NCBI GenBank assembly: GCA_023409435.1
Contig: JAEYHP010000087.1
Coordinates: forward strand, 12,961-76,960
Length of the DNA: 64,000 bases
Reading direction: 5' to 3'
Source of the DNA: Bacillota bacterium
GTDB taxonomy: Bacteria > Bacillota > Clostridia > Christensenellales > CAG-138
The position numbers and the translations under genes were made by a program. Each line of letters opens with the position of its first letter. Position 1 is the stretch's first letter. The notes below the pieces were generated by a model, which saw nothing but the letters and a program-made list of their open reading frames with translations, was not told the origin of the DNA and ran no database searches. Shown piece after piece: positions 52,348-61,029 of the stretch.

Positions 52348-52671
52348 ATGGCCGTCACTCGGTATGATAAACTCGTGCGCGACAATATCCCGGATATAAT
52401 AGTAGCCCAAGGGAGAACGCCTGTGGTTATGGCACTCTCAGATGCGGAATTCAAAGAGCGGCTTCAAAAAAAGCTGCTGGAGGAAACGCAGGAGTATCTG
52501 GAAAGTGGCGAGATTGAAGAGCTTGCAGATATTCTGGAGGTGCTTTATGCGCTTGCAGTGGAGCAGGGCGTTACGCCGGATGAACTGGAAAATATCCGCC
52601 TAAAAAAGAGGGAAAAGCGCGGCGGGTTTACAAAGCGCCTGCTGCTGAAATCTGTGGAACAGTTAGATTGA
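52348..52671 (+). CDS. MazG-like nucleoside triphosphate pyrophosphohydrolase (small all-alpha NTP-PPase)
   Basis: 107 aa. KLVRDNIPDII...LLEETQEYLES...EELADILEVLYAL shows the EExxE...D pattern of MazG/PRA-PH-like house-cleaning enzymes. Confidence 0.7.
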   Translation: MAVTRYDKLVRDNIPDIIVAQGRTPVVMALSDAEFKERLQKKLLEETQEYLESGEIEELADILEVLYALAVEQGVTPDELENIRLKKREKRGGFTKRLLLKSVEQLD

Positions 52672-52709
52672 TTAGAAACAAAAAAGAGAGCAATGCCCTC
52701 TTCTCTCCA

Positions 52710-53528
52710 TTACCCCATCTGCTCTTTTATCAGCGTGTCCAGTTCTTCCGCCAGCCCACGCCAGATCGCGTAAGATTCATGCAGGCGTTCCGGTTCCCCG
52801 CCCAAACGAAGCACTTCCAGCATCCGCTCATGGCACCGCTCAGGCTCATAAGAAAAGCCGTCCAGATATTGCTTCGTCCGCTTCCGGCTGGGAAAGAACG
52901 TTCGGTTGAGCGCAAACAGAGCCTGCAGGAAATGATCGAGCGCGATTTCCAGCGCAAAGTGGTAGAACAGCGGGTCTCTTCTGCGCAATGCCCGGCCGAA
53001 ATCCTCCTCATCATTGGTCAGCGCGCCGTGGTGAAGGCAAAGCGTTTTTGCAAGCGGCTCTGGGTATTCCTTTAACCGCTGCTGCAAAGTATGCAGGAAC
53101 CCCGTCCTGTCGGCGTGGACATGCATTGTTTTGATGGCGGCGCAGCGGCCGATTGGGTAATAAGCCCCAATCCGGTCAGGCAGCCTGCCCGCAAGGATAT
53201 CGTTCAGGTTTTGTACCGTTTCCTCCGTGGTGAAATACATCAGAAAAATTTCTACGCCGCTTACCAGCATGGCGTCGCCCGTGCCCCAGTTGCCGCCCTC
53301 GCATGCGTTGAGCTGCAGGTCGAGAAGGGCAGTACCGCTCTTTTGATAGGCCGCCATTCTTTCTTTCGGGGCGGGCATCGTTTTCACGTATACAAAGATG
53401 TCGATGTCGCTTTCGCCGGGCTTGGGGATTTCTTTTACATCCCCCGTCTGGCCGATGGCTGCGACCTCGCTCATGCAGGCGACGTCCTGTAAAAGCTTTT
53501 GCAATATTTCGTTCAGATCTTTCTTCAT
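52710..53528 (-). CDS. Nucleotidyltransferase-fold protein (DUF4037-like)
   Basis: NTase signature GQTGDV...GESDIDIFVY followed by a helical C-terminal domain. Start placed at ATG 53528 after GGGAGAG, whereas the ORF track starts at TTG 53546. Confidence 0.65.
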   Translation of the reverse strand: MKKDLNEILQKLLQDVACMSEVAAIGQTGDVKEIPKPGESDIDIFVYVKTMPAPKERMAAYQKSGTALLDLQLNACEGGNWGTGDAMLVSGVEIFLMYFTTEETVQNLNDILAGRLPDRIGAYYPIGRCAAIKTMHVHADRTGFLHTLQQRLKEYPEPLAKTLCLHHGALTNDEEDFGRALRRRDPLFYHFALEIALDHFLQALFALNRTFFPSRKRTKQYLDGFSYEPERCHERMLEVLRLGGEPERLHESYAIWRGLAEELDTLIKEQMG

Positions 53529-53627
53529 CTGCTCTCCCGGTATCAATGATGTACTTGGATATTCTCAAGACCACTATTGTACCAAATTTCTCATATATTT
53601 CAAAATAGGCGAAGTGGAAACAGAATC

Positions 53628-53654
53628 AAAAAAACCGCCGATTTTTGTCGACGG
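53628..53654 (-). terminator. Terminator downstream of ptsH
   Basis: On the minus strand, CCGUCGA-CAAAAA-UCGGCGG with one mismatch, followed by U7. Confidence 0.5.
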
Positions 53655-53696
53655 CTTGAGCAGACATATAATCTGTTGGCTTTTGTGATTTTTACG

Positions 53697-53966
53697 CTAT
53701 TCGTTCAGTCCGGTTTCGAGCAGGTTGACCAGCGCGTCCACCGCTTCTATCTCGTCCTCCCCGATGGCGGAGATCTCCACCTGCGTGCCCTTCGCCAGGC
53801 TGAGCGAAAGCACGAACACGATGGACTTGACGTTCGCTTCCTTGTTGTTGTCCAGCCGCCTCAAAGTGATGCGGGATTTAAACTTGCCTGCCATCGCCAC
53901 GAATTCTGCGGCAGGCCGCGCGTGCAGCCCTGTCTGGTTGGTGATTACCGTCTTTTTTGCATACAT
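53697..53966 (-). CDS. ptsH: Phosphocarrier protein HPr
   Basis: 89 aa with GLHARPA (His15) and NVKSI (Ser46). GGAGGAA RBS. Confidence 0.9.
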   Translation of the reverse strand: MYAKKTVITNQTGLHARPAAEFVAMAGKFKSRITLRRLDNNKEANVKSIVFVLSLSLAKGTQVEISAIGEDEIEAVDALVNLLETGLNE

Positions 53967-53986
53967 ATGCGTTCCTCCGTTACGGC

Positions 53987-55711
53987 TTATGCGCCGATTG
54001 TTCCAATTTCATTCTTTAAGTACCGCTCCACCTCGTCCGCCGTGGAGCATGTAAGCGTATAGCGGTATGCTTCCTCCGCTCTATTGAGCGTAAGCCCTGA
54101 GAGCATCCGTTTGAGCGGGGCGACCGAAGCTTTGCCCATGCTCAACCTGCGTATGCCCATGCCGATCAGCACGGCTGCTGCAAGTTTATCCCCGCCCAGT
54201 TCCCCGCATACCGCAAGGGGCTTGTTTGCGGCTGCAAAGTTTTTTGCTACGCTGCCGATCAACTGGAACAGCGCGGGGTGGTAGCTCTGGTAGTATTCCG
54301 CCACGGCGGGGTTCATGCGGTCCACCGCAAGGGTATATTGCGTCAGGTCGTTGGTGCCTATGCTTGCAAAGTCCACCTCCTGCGCAACGGCGTGCGCCAG
54401 AAGCGCGATGGACGGAATCTCTATCATAATACCGATTTTGAGCGTCTTTGTATAGGGGGTACCTTCCGTTTCCAGCTCTTCCTGCGCTTTTTTCATTGCC
54501 GCCTTTGCGCGGCGGATATCGTCCATGCTGCCCACCATGGGGAACATCAGCCACAGGTTGCCGTATACCCCCGCCCGCAGGCAGGCGCGCAGCTGCGTAT
54601 GCAATAATTCCGGCCGCTCAAAGCAGAGCCGGAGTGCCCGGTTGCCCATAAACGGGTTTGCTTCCGCCGGTATGGGGATGCATTCGGGCTGCTTATCCCC
54701 GCCGACGTCGAGCGTGCGGATGGTGACGGGTCGTTCCCCGAAGCGCTCCAGCACACGCTTATATGCATGGAACTGCTCCTCCTCGCTTGGCAGCGTGTTC
54801 CTGCCCATGAACAAAAATTCCGTACGGAACAGCCCCACGCCGTCCGTATAGGCGGAGGCTTTCAATTCCTGCTCCTCCGCGGAGCCGATGTTCAGCTCCA
54901 CCTCTATTTTCGTGCCGTCCGCCAGCTTAGTCTCATATTGCAGATAGCGTTTGGTCTCTTCGGCTTCGCGTTGGTGGCTCTCCCGCAGCGCAAGAGTCTG
55001 CGCCTGTTCGTCCGGGGAAGGCTCCAAATGGATGACGCCCTTGATAGCGTCCACCGCTACAAGGTCGCCATGCCGGATAGATTGAAGCGCGCCCGGCACG
55101 CCGAGCACCGCCGGAATTTCGAAGCTCCGCGCGATAATGGCCGTATGGCAGGTGGAACCGCCTACCTCGGTGACGATGGCGAGTATGAGCGCTTTATCCA
55201 GCGTCGCGGTATCGGAGGGGAACAGATCATGCGCCACGATGATAACAGGCTCCTCCAAACGGCTCAAATCCCGTTCCGGCAGACCCTCTATACACCGCAG
55301 CAGCCGCAGCTTCACGTCCCGCATATCCGAAACGCGCTCGCGGATGAGCGGATCGTCCACGCCCGCAAGGAGTTCCGTCAGCATGTCAAACGCTTCTTCC
55401 ACGGCCTGGGAGGGCGGCATGCGCTCTTCCCGGATGCGGAAGAGGATTTCTTCCTCCGCGCCGATGTCATTTGCGATTTCCCTGTGCGCTTCAAATATGG
55501 CAGCCTGCGCGGGGTTTTCCGATTGCATCCGCGCTTGTATGGCAGCAAGTTCATTTACCGCAACCGTGCGCGCTGCAAAAAACGCCTCAGCCGCCGCTTC
55601 CTCCGCGCCCGGCTGCAGCGGGGTGCGGTCGATCACAGGCGAAAAGGGGACATGCACGAATGCGCGCCCCAGCGCGTATCCGCCAGATACTGGGTTGCCC
55701 GTAACAAACAT
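53987..55711 (-). CDS. ptsI: Phosphoenolpyruvate-protein phosphotransferase (PTS Enzyme I)
   Basis: 574 aa. Active-site block GGSTCHTAIIARS and C-terminal block FASIGTNDLTQY. Confidence 0.95.
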   Translation of the reverse strand: MFVTGNPVSGGYALGRAFVHVPFSPVIDRTPLQPGAEEAAAEAFFAARTVAVNELAAIQARMQSENPAQAAIFEAHREIANDIGAEEEILFRIREERMPPSQAVEEAFDMLTELLAGVDDPLIRERVSDMRDVKLRLLRCIEGLPERDLSRLEEPVIIVAHDLFPSDTATLDKALILAIVTEVGGSTCHTAIIARSFEIPAVLGVPGALQSIRHGDLVAVDAIKGVIHLEPSPDEQAQTLALRESHQREAEETKRYLQYETKLADGTKIEVELNIGSAEEQELKASAYTDGVGLFRTEFLFMGRNTLPSEEEQFHAYKRVLERFGERPVTIRTLDVGGDKQPECIPIPAEANPFMGNRALRLCFERPELLHTQLRACLRAGVYGNLWLMFPMVGSMDDIRRAKAAMKKAQEELETEGTPYTKTLKIGIMIEIPSIALLAHAVAQEVDFASIGTNDLTQYTLAVDRMNPAVAEYYQSYHPALFQLIGSVAKNFAAANKPLAVCGELGGDKLAAAVLIGMGIRRLSMGKASVAPLKRMLSGLTLNRAEEAYRYTLTCSTADEVERYLKNEIGTIGA

Positions 55712-55747
55712 ACCGTTCTTCCCCTTATAAGAATTTAAACCGTCCGC

Positions 55748-56677
55748 CTAAATCTTCTCCAGACGTACACGGCCAAGAAGCTCTTGTACCGTACTTGGGT
55801 CGGCGCTTTGGCTGCCGCTCTGCATCACGCTCGCGGCGCTGACCGCGATTGCGAGGCGCGCCGTTTCTTCAAAATCCATTCCGCGCGCTTCCCCGAAGGC
55901 GAGCGCCGCCATCATGGAATCGCCCGCGCCCACCGTGCTCCTCGCCTCCACCGTCAGCCCATAGCCGCGGTAGCAGGCGTTCCCGCTTAAAAACAGCGCG
56001 CCGTCCCCGCCTAAGGATATGGCGGCAAGTGTAACGCCCCGGTCAATGAGCCGCTTGCCGGAGGCCAGGATATTGTTGATACCCGCGAGTTCTTGCCCAA
56101 TGAGCCGGGAAAGCTCATGCAGGTTGGGCTTTACGGCGTAGGGGACGGCGTCAACGGCATGGCGCAGGCTTTCCCCGTCCGCGTCCACAAACGCCTTTGC
56201 TCCGGCCTCCCGGCACAAACTTGCCCAGTCGCCGTAGAGCGTATCGGGCGCACCGGGGGGCAAGCTGCCTGAAAATACCACGATGTCATCCCTTTTCAGC
56301 CCTGAAAGGAGCCGTTCCTTCGCTTCATCGAGAGTCTTTTCCGTTACTGTCGCGCCCGGCTCGTTGATATCTGTCGTTCCGCCGCTCACACAGTCGATCA
56401 GCTTGAGGTTGGTGCGGGTGGGGTGTTCCACCATTACAAAATCCGTATCGATACCAGCGGTATGAAGCGCCGCTTCGATCCATGCGCCGGTGTTGCCGCC
56501 GAGTATGCCGACCGCCCGGCTTTTTTGCCCGAGCATGTTCAATGTCTTCGAAACGTTGATGCCCTTGCCGCCCGGGTCCATGCGTACGGATTTCAGACGG
56601 TTCACCGCTCCGGGTTGAAATGTCTCCACAACGCCTGTTTTATCCACCGCGGGGTTGAGCGTAACGGTTATGATCAT
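55748..56677 (-). CDS. fruK: 1-phosphofructokinase (PfkB/FruK-LacC family sugar-phosphate kinase)
   Basis: Start ATG 56677 (MIITVTLNPAVDKT) after AAGGAGA. PGGKGINVS and C-terminal VGAGDSMMAA motifs. Confidence 0.85.
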   Translation of the reverse strand: MIITVTLNPAVDKTGVVETFQPGAVNRLKSVRMDPGGKGINVSKTLNMLGQKSRAVGILGGNTGAWIEAALHTAGIDTDFVMVEHPTRTNLKLIDCVSGGTTDINEPGATVTEKTLDEAKERLLSGLKRDDIVVFSGSLPPGAPDTLYGDWASLCREAGAKAFVDADGESLRHAVDAVPYAVKPNLHELSRLIGQELAGINNILASGKRLIDRGVTLAAISLGGDGALFLSGNACYRGYGLTVEARSTVGAGDSMMAALAFGEARGMDFEETARLAIAVSAASVMQSGSQSADPSTVQELLGRVRLEKI

Positions 56678-56690
56678 GTATGCTTTCTCC

Positions 56691-57167
56691 TTAGTCATCC
56701 TCCATGTGTTCCATAAAACAATCGTATATAAATTTCGGGTCGGTGGAAAGCAAAAGTTTTTCCAATACGTCTTCCTGCATCATGATGTTGGCCACCCCCG
56801 CCAATATGGGCAGGTGCTCGTCTTCAAGCGCGGCGATGCCGATCAAAAGATGCGCTTTCTCGCCGTTAAACTCTATTCCATCCGGATATTGGAGCACGAT
56901 AAGCCCCGTCTTTTTAACAAATCCCCGGGCCGCGCCCACGCCGTGCGGAATGGCGACGCCCTGGCCAAGATAGGTCGTCACAACTTTTTCGCGCTCCGCC
57001 ATCGCCGCGATATACGGCTCCTCAATGCAGCCTTTTTGCAGCAGCTTTTCGCCCGCGAGGCATATGGCCTGCCATTTGTCCGTGGAGGGAAGGCCGGTAA
57101 AAATATCTCGTACGGTCAGGACGCCGTCTTCCTGCCGCGTTTCCTGCTTTTTAGAAAAAAGTCCCAC
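56691..57167 (-). CDS. mtlF: PTS EIIA component, mannitol/fructose (EIIA-2) type
   Basis: 158 aa with the phosphorylation-site block GQGVAIPHG. The GTG start overlaps the mtlR stop (TAGTG). Confidence 0.85.
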   Translation of the reverse strand: MGLFSKKQETRQEDGVLTVRDIFTGLPSTDKWQAICLAGEKLLQKGCIEEPYIAAMAEREKVVTTYLGQGVAIPHGVGAARGFVKKTGLIVLQYPDGIEFNGEKAHLLIGIAALEDEHLPILAGVANIMMQEDVLEKLLLSTDPKFIYDCFMEHMEDD

Positions 57168-59245
57168 TATTTTTGTTCCTTTCCTGTCATCATAAAATAT
57201 TCGCCTTGGAAAGCGGCCAAAAGCCGCTCAAGCGCAGCATAGGATGTTTGCCTGTCGCCGTACTGGAACGCAGGGGAGAGCCATTCCTCGTTGAGGATTC
57301 CTTGGCTGATCGCCCCCATCACGGCGATGCCCTCGCTGGGGCACTGCATCGGCGCGAGCATGACGAGTATGACGTTTACATGCAGCGGCTTGCCTTCGCA
57401 GCTCAATAAATCCTGCGCCGTGTTGCGCAATATGCCAAACCGAAGCTCCGTAACGCCTGCGGTGCGCGCGTGCAGCAGCATGCAGCCCGAAGCGTAGTCG
57501 ATTGTGCTTCCGTATTTTTCCCGCTCCAGCAGCGCCTGCTTAATACGTTCCTGTTCCTCCTGTGTGCCGCCGATCTCTTGGGCCGCAAATGCGATCAGTT
57601 CCTGTACGCGGGTAAACGTCAGGCCGTCGATCAGAAAGAAATGATCGAGCACCTGCAAAATCCCGTCGATCAGGCGCTTGACGCCGGAAAGGCGTTCCTT
57701 GATGTTGGCTGCGTTCTTCCCCCAAGGCGTCTGCCCGCGGGAGACGGTTTTGAGGTAAGCCCGCAGCCGGTCCTTGTCGCCTTCCAGCAGAAACGGGGAA
57801 ACGGTCAGGAACGCCGTTTTCAGCCCCGCAATGGGTACGGTGGATATCACGATGTCCACGCCGCGCTCCAATAAAAGCGCCTCGCTGATGTTGGTGGTGG
57901 CTAAAATATCCGTCACCAGCAGCTCCGGGAACTCTCTTCCCAGCAATGTGGCTAAAAACTGTGCGGAAACCATGCCCGCAGGGCAGCACACAACCGTTCG
58001 GAAGACGCGGTTGCGCTTGAGGTTTTTATCTTCCAGCGCCACGCCAAGGTGCATGGCGATATAGGCGATCTCTTCTTCCGGCACCGGAACCTGAAGCTCG
58101 CGCCCCAAAGGCTCCGTACAGGTTTTCGCCAGCGCGTACAGGTGCGGGTAATGGTCTTTTACGGAGTGCAGCAGCGGGTTCCGTATTTCCAAATTCAGCC
58201 GCAGCCGGTTGATGGCGGGAATCAGATGGTCGCACAGGCCGCGGTAAAACGTGGTGTTGCCTTCGAGCAAATATCCGGTTTCGCTTTCCGCAATGCGGAT
58301 GACCTCTTTGATAAGCGCCTGCGTCTGTTCGTCCGTATGTTCCGGGTACGTGATGCGCCCGTGGCTTTGCTGCAGCTGCAGCATCAGGTAATCCATTTCG
58401 TTCTCGGACAGGGGAATGCCTGAAGCGCGTTCCAGGCGGCCAAGCAGGGAAAGGATTACGGGGTATTCCGCCGTCCGGATCCAATCCCCCATGCGCTCCC
58501 TGGAGGCTTTTACGGTATGGCCTTCGCGCACGCGCTTTAGCATGCAGAACACGGTGATGAGGAATTCGCTGTAATCCTTATCCGCTTGCAGGATCCCCCT
58601 AAGGTGCTTTTCCTGTCCCGCCTGCTCCGCCGTAAGCCAAAGAAGCTCTGCGTCCAAAAACCCCATGATATCCTGCGCGGCCATGCCGTTTAATACGTCG
58701 CGGTCACTTAGCATGGCGATCACTTCCTGCCAGGGAACCGCGTCATGGAAAAGGTTCAGTATGCCGCGCCGCAAATGCCATTCGTCCGCTGTAAGGTACA
58801 CGCCCACGCCCGGCTTTCTTACGAGCGAGATGCGGTTGTGAGAAAGCCACGGCTCGCATTTGTCAAGGTCCGCGCTTACGGTGGCGTCCGTTACGCCCAA
58901 TGTGCTGGTAAACGCCAGCATTTTGACGGGCTCTGCGGCATGCAAAAGTGTGGAAAGTATAAACTGCCGCCGCTCCTCTTTAGAGCAAAGCAGCAGTTTT
59001 GTTCTGGCATTCACGGCGCGCTGCAGCTGCACCCTTTGTTGTTCCGGGCAATTTAGCCGCACACCCTGGCTGGATTTGCGCTCCACCTCTGCGCCGTATG
59101 CGCGCAGTTCGTATTTCAGCGCGCCCAATTCACGCATCACCGTGCGCCCGCTGATTTGCAGCGCCGCGGCGATTTCAGATACCGGCACAAATTCGCTTTT
59201 CTCAAGCAGCGTGCTTACGATCTGCTTCTGTCGCGAAGTGAGCAT
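57167..59245 (-). CDS. mtlR: PRD-domain transcriptional regulator, MtlR/BglG family (HTH, PRD, PRD, EIIB-like, EIIA-like)
   Basis: About 690 aa. N-terminal wHTH (LTSRQKQIVSTLLEKSEFVPVSEIAAALQISGRTV), central PRD-like regions, and a C-terminal EIIA-2-like domain. Start ATG 59245 after GGAAGGAAG. Confidence 0.8.
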   Translation of the reverse strand: MLTSRQKQIVSTLLEKSEFVPVSEIAAALQISGRTVMRELGALKYELRAYGAEVERKSSQGVRLNCPEQQRVQLQRAVNARTKLLLCSKEERRQFILSTLLHAAEPVKMLAFTSTLGVTDATVSADLDKCEPWLSHNRISLVRKPGVGVYLTADEWHLRRGILNLFHDAVPWQEVIAMLSDRDVLNGMAAQDIMGFLDAELLWLTAEQAGQEKHLRGILQADKDYSEFLITVFCMLKRVREGHTVKASRERMGDWIRTAEYPVILSLLGRLERASGIPLSENEMDYLMLQLQQSHGRITYPEHTDEQTQALIKEVIRIAESETGYLLEGNTTFYRGLCDHLIPAINRLRLNLEIRNPLLHSVKDHYPHLYALAKTCTEPLGRELQVPVPEEEIAYIAMHLGVALEDKNLKRNRVFRTVVCCPAGMVSAQFLATLLGREFPELLVTDILATTNISEALLLERGVDIVISTVPIAGLKTAFLTVSPFLLEGDKDRLRAYLKTVSRGQTPWGKNAANIKERLSGVKRLIDGILQVLDHFFLIDGLTFTRVQELIAFAAQEIGGTQEEQERIKQALLEREKYGSTIDYASGCMLLHARTAGVTELRFGILRNTAQDLLSCEGKPLHVNVILVMLAPMQCPSEGIAVMGAISQGILNEEWLSPAFQYGDRQTSYAALERLLAAFQGEYFMMTGKEQK

Positions 59246-59318
59246 GCGTTCTTCCTTCCATATAAGGCTATTTTGGGCGGACAGGAGCATTGCTCCTGCC
59301 CGCCCGGCTAAGGGGGTG

Positions 59319-60716
59319 TTATTGGGCCTTTAGCTCTGCAATTAGTTTGTCGTATTCCGTCGCGTTCATAAAATTGTTGATGGGATAGAGTTTCGCCTGC
59401 GGCGCTTTTTCACGCGCGCGGTCGCTCAGAGTGGCCTGCGTAACCACGACGGTGGCCTCCTTGGGAATATCCTCGATGGCGTAGTGCTTTACGGGCATAT
59501 CGATGCCTGCATCCCTGAGCTTTTTCTTCAGAGTCGTAGCACCCATCGCGCTCGAGCCCATGCCCGCGTCGCACGCGAATGCGATCAGGCCAGAAACGGT
59601 GCGCAGCGTTGCGGGGGTAATGCCCTTGCTTTGGGCCTTCAGGACCTTCATTTGTTCGGTCGCGGCCTCCAGGTCCACGTCATCGCCCTTTTGCTTCCGC
59701 ACGAAGGGGATTGCGACAAGCATGGCTACCCCCGCGGAAACGAGCACGCCCAGCAGCACCTTAAGCAGATCGGGCAGGGGCGACATGACGATGACCATGA
59801 TGATGCTGCCCGGCGCCGGAGGTCCATTCAGACCGGCGTTAAGCAGAGAGAACACCGCAAGGCCGGATGCGCCGCCCGCGATGGCGGAAAGCAGCAGCGC
59901 CGGGTTTGCGAGGATGTACGGGAAATAGATCTCGTGGATGCCGCCCAGGAAATGAATGATGATTGAGCCGGGGGCGGAAGCCTTCACGTTGCCCTTACCG
60001 AACAGCCAGCACGCTAAAAGTACGCCGAGGCCCGGGCCGGGGTTGGCTTCCACCAGGTACATGATGGATTTGCCGAATTCCTTTACCTGCTCCGCACCGA
60101 TCGGCCCCATAATACCATGGTTGATGGCGTTGTTCAAGAACAGCACCTTTGCGGGCTCCACAAAGAGGGAGATACCGGGCAGCACGTGGATGTTGTTGAT
60201 GAACGTCGCGCCTGCCGTCAGGACTGCGGTGATGGCCTGTATGATCGGCCCGATGACCAAGTAACCTAAAAGCGCCAGCAGCATGGCGAGAATGCCCAGG
60301 CCGAAGTTGTCGACGAGCATTTCAAAGCCTGCGCGGATCTTCCCCTCAACCGCGCGGTCAAACGTCTTCATGACCCAGCCTGCCAGAGGGCCTATGAGCA
60401 TGGCGCCCATGATCATGGTGACCTCGGTGCCGATGATGACGCCCATCGTCGCAACTGCGCCCGCTATGCCGCCGCGCAGACCGCCCACTATTTTACCGCC
60501 CGTGAAGCCGACGAGTATGGGCAACAGGAAGCGGAGGATCGGTCCTACCATACTGGCAAACCCTTCATGAGGGAACAAGCCGGCCGGGATGAAAAGTGAT
60601 GTGAGAAAGCCCCACGCGATAAATGCGCCGATGTTCGGCATAATCATGCCGCTCATGAACCGGCCGATTTTTTGTACGGTCTGCCTGCCGCTTTTGGTTT
60701 TGACTGCAGTTTCCAT
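59319..60716 (-). CDS. mtlA: PTS mannitol-family EIICB component
   Basis: 465 aa, collinear with B. subtilis MtlA (SGMIMPNIGAFIAWG, VEPAKVLFLNNAINHGI, VEANPGPGLG, IHFLGGIHEIYFPYIL). The EIIB Cys block is FACDAGMGSSAMGA. Confidence 0.9.
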   Translation of the reverse strand: METAVKTKSGRQTVQKIGRFMSGMIMPNIGAFIAWGFLTSLFIPAGLFPHEGFASMVGPILRFLLPILVGFTGGKIVGGLRGGIAGAVATMGVIIGTEVTMIMGAMLIGPLAGWVMKTFDRAVEGKIRAGFEMLVDNFGLGILAMLLALLGYLVIGPIIQAITAVLTAGATFINNIHVLPGISLFVEPAKVLFLNNAINHGIMGPIGAEQVKEFGKSIMYLVEANPGPGLGVLLACWLFGKGNVKASAPGSIIIHFLGGIHEIYFPYILANPALLLSAIAGGASGLAVFSLLNAGLNGPPAPGSIIMVIVMSPLPDLLKVLLGVLVSAGVAMLVAIPFVRKQKGDDVDLEAATEQMKVLKAQSKGITPATLRTVSGLIAFACDAGMGSSAMGATTLKKKLRDAGIDMPVKHYAIEDIPKEATVVVTQATLSDRAREKAPQAKLYPINNFMNATEYDKLIAELKAQ

Positions 60717-60979
60717 GCATACCCCTCCATATTCTTTTTTTGGGATTGAAACGGATTGCTCAAAGTGAAATTGTTGCCGGCAAACGATGAAAAGGATGAG
60801 CCCCGGGTGCCTGAAGAGTGCTCTTCATTGCGCATGGCACCGTGGATACGGGGTCCTTCGGGGATATTGGTATACTGTAATTTTCATGCATACAGCCCGA
60901 TATTACAAGGGAGAACATCCTCCCATTTTGTCAGATATGGTTCATGACAAGAATTGGCCGCTTCGCACGCTCCGTTCCA

Positions 60980-61009
60980 CAAAAAGGGCTCCCGAAAACG
61001 GGAGCCCCA
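60980..61009 (-). terminator. Terminator of the TCS-associated operon
   Basis: On the minus strand, GGGGCUCCCG-UUUU-CGGGAGCCC followed by UUUUUG. It lies about 20 nt after the stop at 61030. Confidence 0.65.
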
Positions 61010-61029
61010 AGACGACGCACAGCGGGTTT

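Noticed and set aside
54767-55738. 323-aa ORF on the + strand
   Set aside because: It is antisense to ptsI. It shows the same high-GC open-antisense-frame effect.
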